A stretch of 63,886 bases of DNA, the filler included, from Lenisia limosa (taxonomy: Eukaryota; Protista; Breviatea): assembly GCA_001655205.1 (NCBI GenBank). It is 12 parts of 12 records of this genome, joined end to end, with 100 filler letters (N's around TTAATTAATTAA, not from the genome) between each part and the next. Parts side by side here need not be neighbours in the genome. Positions count along the whole stretch, not along the records: positions 19,131 to 31,418 come from LPNZ01010698.1; 11 more parts are not named here. One strand, written 5' to 3'. The stretch's first letter is position 1. Every line of letters begins with the position of its first letter. Positions 20,011 through 31,518 of this stretch are shown here, in pieces. Position numbers and translations under genes: made by a program. A model generated the notes under the pieces. That model did no database searches, was not told the origin of the DNA, and worked only from the letters and a program-made list of their open reading frames with translations.

Positions 20011-23000
20011 ACAAAACACCTTAAGAATGCGCCAACCTTCCGCCTTGATAGCCCCGGGCCGCAGCCGCTTTCAAACAGGCCAGAGCGACAATGGCAGCAG
20101 AGGGGGTCACGTGCTGCATTACAAGTGGCCACCAGGGGGCTTCGTGGACCGAAGGAACTGATAACGTCATGACTTCAGGGAATTGTCTTGATAATATAAT
20201 ATTACATGATATGATATGTATATTATATTAATTATGCTAGATCAACTGTCATAATATTATATTATATGATATAAAAGGGCAAAAAATATATCTTTAATGT
20301 AGTATACAGTATATGTCATACATTATACTATATATTACATGTAGCTTATATACTATATGATATATTATACATCACATGTATATGATATATAATAGATCAT
20401 ATCCTATGGATACCCCCCACCACCAGTACTTCCAAGTGCTTGTGATATGTAGGCCAAGGAAGGGGCCAGAGAGGGGTCTCTGGTCAGAAGGAATTGCGTG
20501 GCTACTACCTTGGGGGGGGGGGAGTAAAACGNNNNNNNNNNNNNNNNNNNNNNNNNNNNNNNNNNNNNNNNNNNNNNNNNNNNNNNNNNNNNNNNNNNNN
20601 NNNNNNNNNNNNNNNNNNNNNNNNNNNNNNNNNNNNNNNNNNNNNNNNNNNNNNNNNNNNNNNNNNNNNNNNNNNNNNNNNNNNNNNAAACGCTAAAACT
20701 AGACAAAACCAGGTGACAAAAACACAACAACAACTGGAAGCCCCCCTCCTCACTTCTGAATGGCAAGTCTCGGCAACCCTGGACAGTCGAGAAAGCGAGG
20801 CGTCCAGGTATCGCAGGAGGACCGTTGAGGGTACGAGAGAGGCAAGGTGAGTGAGGGCGTGGCCAAGTGCAGTGATGAGGGGAGTCAGGTCTTCTGAAAA
20901 ATGGATAATTTTAATAAATAAATAATGGGGGTGTACTAGCATANNNNNNNNNNNNNNNNNNNNNNNNNNNNNNNNNNNNNNNNNNNNNNNNNNNNNNNNN
21001 NNNNNNAACACCCACAGATACAGTGACAGGGAAAAGTCTTGCCCGCCTTTCCTTGGGAAATCATAGAGCAAATCGGTCAAGACTTATCCCGGTCATTATG
21101 AAATAACATAGTATGATATAATACATAAATGAAATGTTTATGAAGGGGTGGGGGAGGAAGGTACGAGAGAGGCAAGGTGGGGGCCGTGATGAGGGGCGTC
21201 TATTAAAAGGGATAATTTTAATACTAATAAAGTGAATGGTGGTTATGGGGGGGGGGGGTAAACGAACTGGACAATTTAGAATAAAACAAAAAGAGCCCAA
21301 AATCAACTCTGTTGGCTAGTAACACACGAGGGAATTTGGCCGAAGCCGTCCACAGCATCACGTTAATAAATAAGATCCGACTCCAACCATTGCTGATAGG
21401 GGCGAAGCCATACGCGTTAGTTTTGTCACTATCTCGTTGAAGCGTAGATTTGTGATGCAGCATCCAGGCAGCACAACAGGGGACCAAATACTGTCAGGAT
21501 GAGATTTGATTAATTTCTCAATATGTCCTCAAAAATCGATACTTTATCGGTCTTTTCGGACAGCAGGGACGACTACACCCCATATGACCGACTTTCGAAT
21601 CGAAATGATGAACAAAGATAATACGAGGGTTCATCCCGAGTGTATTAGAGTATCATTGAGACTTGTAAGTCAATGATCATACGAGTAAATGGAACCTTGT
21701 GTTATTGACTAGAAAGCCTACCATATTATTGTCTCATGGGTCAGCATATGAAAGCTATCTAAGTTATCCATGCAAATAATATACAACAATAGAAGAAAAA
21801 AAATAAGGTTGTATCTGGNNNNNNNNNNNNNNNNNNNNATAATATTAATTCACCCAATCATTTGCCTAACAACTCTGTGTACACTGCTTTCTGCGTGCCT
21901 CCCCATGCAAATAATAGTAATATAATATTTTCAAGAAATTAATAATAATAATAAAAAATCTTACAATTAAAGGGTCTGAAATGGGGCTCTCCCCACCCCA
22001 ACCCCTCACCAGAGTGCTTCCTTTGAGGTAAAGCTCGGTAATCTAAATAAGTCAAAATGTAATATTGTGGGCCTCAACTTCTATTGTTTCTCAGTAGGGC
22101 TTCACTACGATAAGGAAAAGGTTGGTAAACTATCGAAATATATTATATCGATGTTTTATCGAGAAATTAAGTCATTTTTTGGTTCGGAGTGAAGCCCCAA
22201 TTCCCAAGACCATTCAACTCATTAGTTCTGAGTTTGGAGGGGGNNNNNNNNNNNNNNNNNNNNNNNNNNNNNNNNNNNNNNNNNNNNNNNNNNNNNNNNN
22301 NNNNNNNNNNNNNNNNNNNNNNNNNNNNNNNNNNNNNNNNNNNNNNNNNNNNNNNNNNNNNNNNNNNNNNNNNNNNNNNNNNNNNNNNNNNNNNNNNNNN
22401 NNNNNNNNNNNNNNNNNNNNNNNNNNNNNNNNNNNNNNNNNNNNNNNCGAGGGTTGATAACAACAAAACAAAGTCAAGGCCAGTTGCTTCTGGGAGAGGG
22501 GTAACTTATGTGGTAGGAGGGGGTTGGATGATGGTATTTTGGCCTACTTTACAAGGGGTATTTTGGCCTACTTTACAAGGGGTATTTTGGCCNNNNNNNN
22601 NNNNNNNNNNNNNNNNNNNNNNNNNNNNNNNNNNNNNNNNNNNNNNNNNNNNNNNNNNNNNNNNNNNNNNNNNNNNNNNNNNNNNNNNNNNNNNNNNNNN
22701 NNNNNNNNNNNNNNNNNNNNNNNNNNNNNNNNNNNNNNNNNNNNNNNNNNNNNNNNNNNNNNNNNNNNNNNNNNNNNNNNNNNNNNNNNNNNNNNNNNNN
22801 NNNNNNNNNNNNNNNNNNNNNNNNNNNNNNNNNNNNNNNNNNNNNNNNNNNNNNNNNNNNNNNNNNNNNNNNNNNNNNNNNNNNNNNNNNNNNNNNNNNN
22901 NNNNNNNNNNNNNNNNNNNNNNNNNNNNNTTGAAGTGTACAAAGAAGATAGAGAAATAAAGGGAGAAAATAAACAGGGATGATGGTGTTAACAATGAAAG

Positions 23001-23800
23001 AACATCAACACAGACACCCTCATCTCTCTTATAAACACCCACACACACCTTGTCGTCTTACCCCCCCCACCCACCATCACCACGCCATGACTTCTTGATG
23101 CCCAAGTCGGCAGTGAAGCCCGAGAGGGTTGAAAACATTGCCGTTTCTTCAGGTCACATTGATGATGGAGCTGCAAGTGGTTAAAGGTTTTAATAAATAA
23201 AAACGGTTTGATAAAAAAGCTGGTTTTTTTAAAAAAAAACCGTATCAGAGTCATGAGACTCGCTCGATCTCACACGAGGGGATATAAGGTATCATATCAT
23301 TGCATGGAAAAGGATAGTTGACCCGTGTGAAAATGATCCAAAAAGTGATATAATCTTCATCTGGGGAGGAAGAAGCCACCAGCCAGAGTAGTATGAGGGA
23401 ACCATCTCGCCTCCTTACCTCTTCCTGCCTCCTCTCTGCCTCCTCCTCCTCTGATGCCGCCTGTCAACCAACAGCAAGACAAGCAAGAATTTTTAGTGGG
23501 GCTGTGGTGGGCTGGCTGGGATCATAGGAAGACTTTTGGACTGGACCTTCCATAAAGGGCCCGGCTCGGGGAAAAGGAAGACCATATACACCCCATGGCT
23601 GTGATGGATGGGTTATTCCCGTTCTCAGATCATGGATTGTTTCAATGTCAAACGTATTCGGTTTAGTTTTCTCGAACACTGAGAGGAAGAATCCGGTGTT
23701 AAACCGGAATTATTGACGGACCAATCGCTTGTCCAAAATTTGAAAGAAAAATACCAGGTGCATGCCGGTGGAAGTTTAGTATAGCGGGTAGCTGCTTCAT
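19235..23800 (-). CDS. Unidentified helical (HEAT-like?) protein; may be more than one gene
   Basis: Exons VFEKTKPNTFDIETIHDLRTG, EDLTPLITALGHALTHLASLVPSTVLLRYLDASLSRLSRVAETCHSE, VVATQFLLTRDPSLAPSLAYISQALGSTG and PSVHEAPWWPLVMQHVTPSAAIVALACLKAAAARG, with canonical splice sites. Confidence 0.55.
19309..19401 (-). mobile_element. Family D repeat spanning a whole putative 93-nt intron (GT...AG)
   Basis: Minus strand GTGCTGCAGAAACAACTGGCCTGGGCTTTGTTGTTTCATATATTTTCCAAT...TTTTACTCCCCTCCCCCATTTTAGTTAG|exon. Confidence 0.65.
19950..20010. repeat. (GAAA)n microsatellite
   Basis: Direct inspection. Confidence 0.95.
21019..21100. mobile_element. Family B mini-MITE
   Basis: TA-CAGTGACAGGGAAAAGTCTTG...AAATCGGTCAAGACTTATCCCGGTCA. 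Confidence 0.8.
22095..22199. mobile_element. Family A hairpin MITE, degenerate
   Basis: TAGGGCTTCACTACG...TTCGGAGTGAAGCCCC with the family core. Confidence 0.7.
22533..22592. repeat. 24-nt tandem repeat (GTATTTTGGCCTACTTTACAAGGG)n running into a gap
   Basis: About 2.5 identical units are visible, followed by about 337 N. Confidence 0.9.
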
Positions 23801-24625
23801 CAAGCCTTCAAGGTCAAGCCATTACTATCTTACCATCAAGCCAGAAGATCATTGAAAGATTAAGATTGTCTACTGGTCTCTGGTTGTTATAAATCTCTGT
23901 TGAAATGAGGACTGTTGCAATTTGTTTGTAATGTGGATTTTTTTTTTGTAATATAGTTCAACTCAGGAAAATGCAAAATATGTTGGAAATATGGGAATTG
24001 AATTGTTGTATGCTGCATGGAGGTAGGTACCACCATCGGATGCTGAAGAGAATCGGTTCAACATAAATGAGTACTGTGCAATTTGGAATCAGAAGCGGAG
24101 AGCAGGTAATATCACAGAAAAATACAAAAATTAATAGATGAATAGTGCAATTGCTTCACTGTTGCTGTTAAGAAAACGTCATAAGAAGAGATCCACTGCG
24201 ATCTTCTTCTTCTAAAAGCATCAGCCATTGAACATGAATTAAAGATCATACAAAATACGACGATGTTATAATTCAAAAGTATTCACCAGAAACTAAACCA
24301 TATTGGGCAAAAGGTAATAGACAGATATACATATCGTACATAATACATATGAAATACAAGTATTGTAATTTGACCAAATAAAGGTCACCAAGTAAACAAA
24401 AACAACGGCAAATAACAAACAGTAAATGACAACTACCATCTTACCAAAAATATACAAATAAAATTTGATACTTCAAAGTAAATAAATCTCCTCCTCAGGA
24501 TCCTCACTGTAAATGTTATACGGAGAATTCGATAGTACAATAGAAATTGGAATATATTATTGCAATATACTGTCTTGCAGTGGTTAGTGTTTCTATGCCA
24601 GTGTTACCCCATACTAGTAATATGA

Positions 24626-26604
24626 TTAGAGGAGATGAAGGAAGGTGATACTCAATGCATCTCTTTCTCTTTTCTCTTTCGAATAATTGCGGCTTTCAAT
24701 AGTAATCAAGTCAGAGAGCAACGGATAGGTATCAGGAAATTGTTTGAGATCATCCAAAAAAGAAAAATGAGAGCTCACTTTTTTCTTTATTATTAAAAAA
24801 AAAAGAGAGCAAACTTGTACAAGACTCGAACCCCAAAAGTTCGATGCACATTTCGCGTTAATCCCGAGTGTATCAGAGTGGATAGGAGGTATCATATCAG
24901 TGGTGAAATATGATCGTTACCAAGTATGAAATTATAAAAAGTAATATTATACATAACTATATATCGATAGATATATCATAGCTATATGTATTATATATAT
25001 GATATATATATATATATCATATTATTAGGGTGCCGTGAAGTTAAATGCGATTAATTGTATGTAATTAATTGTTTCAACTATTTTTTTCGTCTCCAATTAA
25101 TTACATAAATTAATTGCAATTAATTTATACAAATCTGTATTTTTCGCTGGGTACAACCTTTGTTATTAAAATGATCCTTGAAGCCCTTTGTTTTTTGAAG
25201 ATAATACTATATCGTCAAACAACCCAAAGTAGGCATATCTACTGTCATTTTTCATTTTGAACTGTTGAGAATCCCAATTTATGGGTTTGCAGAAAGAGAG
25301 TGCAATTTAATGGCCATTAGCTGGTAATTAATTGCACGGCACCCTACATATTATACATATACTGTTGAAAATCACCCCCCCCCAACGGATCATATTCGCT
25401 GAAAAGCACTGGGAATATCACAAAAGGGTCCGAATCCACTATTCTCAATATTTCCGTCAAATTGGTACCGATCTACAACAATTATTGTGAAACGTGAATT
25501 GTGAATGTGAAGGAGGCATTACATGGGCGTATCAATTCATGGGATGTGACAGTGTTACCTATTGAAACGACTCAACAACTCTACTTACCGGTACTTCAAT
25601 AATACAAAACAGGAATTCCAATTTGATATTCAGACTTCGTAACTGAAAGGTTAGACAGGTTAGCTTGACTTTTTAGAGATCCAAAAATGTAACACAAAAC
25701 TCTTCATCTATATCATCATATATTGAGATATGAAAAAGTATAAAAATGTTGTGATTGCACAAAAAATAATAATTAAGCAAGTTAAATACAACTCCCCACA
25801 TGTTCAATGTTCTTGGCGTTGGGTGGTGAATCAAATATTTTCAAAAATTCCTAAAATAGTGAATCTGGTATAGGATCCGCAAAATATATCAAAATAGCAA
25901 AAACGGAAGGATACTAATATAGAATTAGCAATAAAATCCCTACCGCTAAGCTCTGAAAACATCGGAGACTGGGTTTGTGGGGAATACTTTTTTCGTTCAA
26001 AAGGTCAGTAACTCTTTTGCTGACCTTTGGGAATAAGAACAAAACAAAAACACAAAATCAAAAGGTCTACGAATATGAAAACTGAAATTACTTACATTGG
26101 TTGTGACTTGATTTAGAAACGCAGAATTGCGGTTAGAAATCTGAATAGGTCATAAAGAAAATGAGATAGGGGNNNNNNNNNNNNNNNNNNNNNNNNNNNN
26201 NNNNNNNNNNNNNNNNNNNNNNNNNNNNNNNNNNNNNNNNNNNNNNNNNNNNNNNNNNNNNNNNNNNNNNNNNNNNNNNNNNNNNNNNNNNNNNNNNNNN
26301 NNNNNNNNNNNNNNNNNNNNNNNNNNNNAAAAGAAAAGAAAAGAGAAAAGCAAAGAAAAGAAAAGAAAAGAGAAAAGAAAAGAAAAGAGAGAAGAAAATC
26401 CCCCATAATAATGGAATGATTATGTGGCATCGCTCCAGTTCAGTTCAGGTCATTTCATTATGGAAGGAGAAATGCTAAAAAAACTGAACCACTTATTTTG
26501 TACTTGGCAAGAAGAATATGCATCGTTTCGCGTAATAATTGTTCTTATTATCAACTTACCTTCAGCGGTGCACTCACCTTAACGTAGTCGGTTGATGGGG
26601 TCAT
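24626..26604 (-). CDS. Unidentified gene, possibly a type II membrane enzyme
   Basis: ATG at 26604: MTPSTDYVK|NNYYAKRCIFFLP|IFLAFLL; later exons VSKRVTDLLNEKSIPHKPSLRCFQSL, EFLKIFDSPPNAKNIEH and LDDLKQFPDTYPLLSDLITIESRNY. One junction gives a stop, so the model is incomplete. Confidence 0.35.
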
Positions 26605-28018
26605 TTTTGGCGGTTTTTGAAGTTTTCGAAAAATGTAATGTGCAGATTTTAACTTCCTTTGGTAATTTTCACTAACAAGCAGACTTAGAGCACTAAAATA
26701 GCCGAAAGGCGGACCAAATAATTTATCTTTCCTTCCTTTGCCTCTTCTTACGCTGTCAATTTAAGACAGTTCTATATGATATATATACATTTATAGATGG
26801 ATTATGCAAAATGGGATCGGTCCACGGATTCCACGCTCGCGGATTCCGCGGATCCTCAACAAGTTAGCTTACCCCTTTAAGATAGTCATAATATATAAGA
26901 AAACATTAAGAGGGAAAGCTTTGTGTCAGTCGCCAATCCGTGAACCATTCATGCACGTACGGAGAAAAATCGATTATTGTCCGTGGACCGATTTCTCTTA
27001 ACCTTATTATTAGGCTTGTTTGTTTACTTATCACTTGGCTTTAAACTAAGTTTCAACCTCTTATCCTTCAGGTTGGCTCCCTAGTCAGCTAGTGCACCTC
27101 TCCCCTCTCCCTTCCCTCCTTATCAAGTTTTGAGGGTATGTAATGCTGATGACTTAACTGAAAAAAACCTTGTAGATTTCATTGTTTTGTGAAATGGTAA
27201 CTGCAACCGTTTTGGATATACCAGGTGTTTTATGCAGATAAAATAAAAGAGAAAGTAACATATGTAATGTATATTTGGTACACACTTCATAACACTTCAC
27301 AAAAATACAATATTAACAGTGTAAGAAGGTTATTCACCCTCTCCAAAGCAGAATAACACCAGAACTTGTTTCAACAGCTCAGCGGTATGGCGTTTTTTCA
27401 CGCCACATTCGATCGATTCGGTCTTATAAACAGGAGATGCCCAAGATACAAAGTTTATAATTAATATATCGCTAATACAACTGTGTCCGGTAAATTTTGA
27501 TGATGGGTTTGGACCAAACATTGGGTTCTTGGGGTTTGGAGAAACAACACTTAATAATAGGTGATAAAAGGGGAAAATACACTTCATAAAGAGGAGCTTA
27601 CAATGCCTTCTTTTAGAGGGAAACACGTCAAAACAGGCTGAGCAGCAATTCCATTAAGAATCAACTGAAGACAAATAAAACGGGTGAATCAGATACTTCA
27701 ATTTGCGATGCAATGACCCCCCCCCCCAATCATGATGACGACAGCTTCCAACCTGTTTTCCTTCAACGCTAACATAGAAACGCGTCGTTGTAATAGCGAG
27801 TATGCAATTCAAACCATGGCCACCTCATTCATAAGTATGAAACCATATTTGACTCCAGGTAACGCGGTTCAGAACCACAGCATCACCAAAACTACATGTA
27901 AGAACAAAGTTTCGGGGCTGTTACCATCTTCCAAGTATAGATGAGCAACTGGGCTGTGTCAAGTACATGGTTTACTTGGCGTGTTCATAACAATATTGGC
28001 AACCAGACGTGCAGGTAG

Positions 28019-28608
28019 AAACAGTCACACCAGGTAATCCGGGAACATCTAGGCTTCAACAAAGCTGGTCTTGGGTTGACCAAAGAGTCGCTCCAGGTAA
28101 TCCAGGAACATCTAGGCTTCAACAAAGCTGCTGGTCTTGGGCTGACCAAACAGTCGCACCAGGTAATCCGGGAACATCTAAGCTTCAACAAAGCTGGTCT
28201 TGGGCTGACCAAACAGTCGTACCAGGAAATCTGGGAACATCTAGGCTTCAACAAAGCTGGTCTTGGGTCAACCAAACAGTCGCACTAGGCAATCCAAGGA
28301 ACATCTAGGCTTCACCAAAGCTCACCCAAACAGTCGTACCAGGAAATCCGGGAACATCTAGGCTTCAACAAAGCTGGTCTTGGGCTGACCAAACAGTCGC
28401 ACCAGGTAATCCGGGAACATCTAGGCTTCAACAACGCTGGTCTTGGGTCAACCAAACAGTCGCACCAGGTAATCTGGGAACCTCTAGGCTTCAACAAAGC
28501 TGGTCTTGGGTTGACTAAACAGTCGTACCAGGTCCAGAAACATCTAGGCTTCAACAAAGCTGGTCGGGTTGAACACCAGGTAATCTGGGAACATCTAGGC
28601 TTCAACAA
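28019..28608. repeat. 63-nt minisatellite, about 10 units
   Basis: Unit ~CAAACAGTCGCACCAGGTAATCCGGGAACATCTAGGCTTCAACAAAGCTGGTCTTGGGCTGAC; the core ACATCTAGGCTTCAAC (with variants) appears about 10 times. Confidence 0.95.
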
Positions 28609-28801
28609 TGGTGGCAAATTGTGTAAAATATTATTGTTTTGTGATTTTTTTTCTTAAATAAAGCAAGCAAAATGATTAGCCTCATGACACATGATGTATC
28701 GAGGTATAGCACACTTTGTAGAGGCCCTGTCGAGGTATACCCCCCTGTCGAGGTTTTGCCCCCACCTATACATATATATATATATATATAGTATGTATCT
28801 C

Positions 28802-29183
28802 TGCTCAAGGTCCAAAATTATGTCGTTATTTCGAATTAATGTCGTTAATTATTTACGATCACCAAATCAGCTATTCCCCTTCAAAACAGTAATATATTTC
28901 TGAGATATACACACTTAATTTGCTTATGAAGGAAAACAAAGAAAAATATAACCTTTCATATTTTTTTTTTGCAAGATCAGCACTTTATTGTGGAAAATTA
29001 ATTTTTTTTTAGCGCCACGCTCGCGCAATTTTTTTCAGTTTATGCTCGCATTTTTCTCATATGTCCTTTTTTACGAGTTAAATTGTTGTGTGAAGTTGAC
29101 CGTAACATGAAAAAGAGACAGTCACAGAAAATTGAATTAACGACTATAATTCGAATTAACGATATAGTTTAGGACCTCGAGCA
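28802..29183. mobile_element. ~380-nt MITE with ~50-nt imperfect TIRs
   Basis: Left TGCTCAAGGTCCAAAATTATGTCGTTATTTCGAATTAATGTCGTTAATT versus right-end reverse complement TGCTCGAGGTCCTAAACTATATCGTTAATTCGAATTATAGTCGTTAATT. Confidence 0.8.
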
Positions 29184-29749
29184 TATATATATATACTATA
29201 TGATATTATATATATGTATCTGATATTAGCTATTTCTCCAACCATGTCATTTTTGGGACTCCCCAAGTATTCGTTAAAGTCAAGGGAAGTATCCCATAAA
29301 ATTGGATCATTTATGAAACGAAAAAAAAGAAGCCCAAAATCAACTCTGTGTCCAATGTCAGTTGTCTATTTCATTTTTGGAACAGAAACCCACTTTTTGT
29401 TTGAGGTCCTTGAGTGAGAAAAGTGTCCCTCCTAAATTAATAACTTAGGATTGTTTTGATTCCAAGTTAGGAGAGTAAGTGACACAATAGAGAGAAAAAA
29501 AAACCCTGATGGTAACATTTAAAGACTAATGATGAGAAAAGTGGTAGTATAAAAGTATAATATTGCTCAAGCATGAATCTAAATTAAGTCAAAAATTAAC
29601 GTTTTCATTTTACAAAAGAAACCTCTATAAATTCATGATATATCAACCATATTTACGTATACGTGAGGTTAAATTATCCAAGCTCATATTATCTGCATAA
29701 TATTACACAGCACACAGCAGGGTCCACAGTAATACACTTCAAATACCAC

Positions 29750-30745
29750 AAACGATTATACGCGCTCCACCATTTGGAACTTTTGCCGTTGGTCTGAAGT
29801 GCTGATTTATTCGTCGGCTCTAAACCATGTAAAAGACAGTATGTTGTCAAGATTTTTAGCCCGAAATTACCACTGTTGTTCGACCAAAAAAAATAAAATA
29901 AAAAATAATCGCAAAGTTTTTGGAAAGGCTCGACGATTTAATTCTTGAAACAGAGTGTTTTCATTTGTTTGGAAACAGTTTAAGATCAATGCAGGGTTAA
30001 TTCGGGTGGTGGTTAGAGTTCACTTTCGGTTCCAAAAAAGACTGAATTCTCAATAAATCCTCGATAAATATCGATATTTTACAGGAGTTTCGGAACCGAA
30101 AGTGAAGCTCTTGTGGTGGTATAAAGAAATAAATAATGAAGACAACCAGGTAAAAAATAAAACAGATCAAAGAGACGTCTCTCTACTATAATTTTACTTA
30201 TATAGGAAGCAGAGGTTCAGACAAATATCGCTGTATTTCCCACCACGCCATAACCAGCGCCAACTTTCTATTAAGTGGCGAAACCTTTTCCAAGTTACAG
30301 CCGTGATATTCTCGAGGCTAGCTACATTGACACTGTATTGTAGTCGCCATCTATAACATTAAGTACAAACTTATTCATTTAAAAAACCAACCAAAAAAAG
30401 GGGGAAATGAAATCTGATTGAAGATGGAATACAAATGCAGATTTCTAGACTTGATTGAAATACTGTAGATTAATATGCCCATATCCAGCCCTCCAACATT
30501 TCACTGGTCGGTTGAGGTATAAAACGTAGATTTCTAGAGTGGTTACAAAACGAGTGCATAACTTTAAAATTCATTCGTGTCACCAATTGAAAAAAATCGA
30601 GTAAAATTGATTGGGTTAAACTTATTTTCCTTTATGCACAGTATGACACCACAAACTCAATTTTCGCCGCAATAATATCAGCTGCTAGGGTAGATGATGA
30701 TAGTAGAGCTGCCAGTAGAACGTCTGCCAGTTGAATTGGCTACAA
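29750..30745 (-). CDS. Putative secreted protein, unidentified
   Basis: Exon PIQLADVLLAALLSSSTLAADIIAAKIEFV (signal-peptide-like), then WRLQYSVNVASLENITAVTWK and PTNKSALQTNGKSSKWWSAYNRL. Confidence 0.35.
30014..30112. mobile_element. Family A hairpin MITE (C-type arms)
   Basis: TAGAGTTCACTTTCGGTTCC...CGGAACCGAAAGTGAAGCTC. Confidence 0.85.
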
Positions 30746-31518
30746 TAACAAGAGTTAAAAACACATTGACGAGGCTCCACTAAATTTTAAAAATTATTAA
30801 TTATTTTATTAAAAAAAAGTAGAGCTTCGCTTTAGTCTCCACTTAAACTTCGAATTCCGGAATTCTCGATATTTTTCTGTCTTTTGGAACCGAAAGTCAA
30901 GCAAAAGTTGTCAAAAAAAAAAAAACATAAACTTTAACTTACGATAGCTTGCTTGACATCACAGAAAATGCACAAATTCAAAACAAAACGCAGCTCTAAG
31001 ATAATCCAATGTACAATTGTTTATAACCACTCCATTTTAACAAAATTCAATTATGGTAATTATGTACATATTCTGCTGTCAACTGTCAAGCAACAAAAAA
31101 GTCACCGTTTCATATCCAGTTATCTTTTCTATTCTTTCAATATTAATCAATAATCAAAACAATGAGATATATATATATATAATTCTGTACATAATGAAGA
31201 GGAGCAAGCCAACAAACCGCAAGCATCTCGAAGAGCTGGTAGGTCCATGGTTCTATTAAAGCGGCCTGGTTGGACCCGAGAATTATTCGCCAAACCTGGG
31301 ATCATCCAAGAAGGTCAAAATGATTCTGATATATTATGTATTTGGCCATTTCAAGTGATGAAATAAACCCTCTCATCAGCCTATTTCCATATTTCCATTG
31401 TACTCTCAGACGACGATCNNNNNNNNNNNNNNNNNNNNNNNNNNNNNNNNNNNNNNNNNNNNTTAATTAATTAANNNNNNNNNNNNNNNNNNNNNNNNNN
31501 NNNNNNNNNNNNNNNNNN

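Noticed and set aside
22189-23048. Long ORF-track entries spanning N runs (also 3372-3719, 16317-16742, 44613-45175 and others)
   Set aside because: They are open only because Ns contain no stop codons.
27740-27900. Selenoprotein-like in-frame TGA (minus strand ...WFHTYE*GGHGLNC...; similar case near 17180)
   Set aside because: There is no recognisable selenoprotein family or SECIS. Unmodelled introns or non-coding sequence explain it more simply.
28019-28608. CRISPR array
   Set aside because: The units are contiguous near-identical repeats with no unique spacers, there are no cas genes, and the context is eukaryotic.
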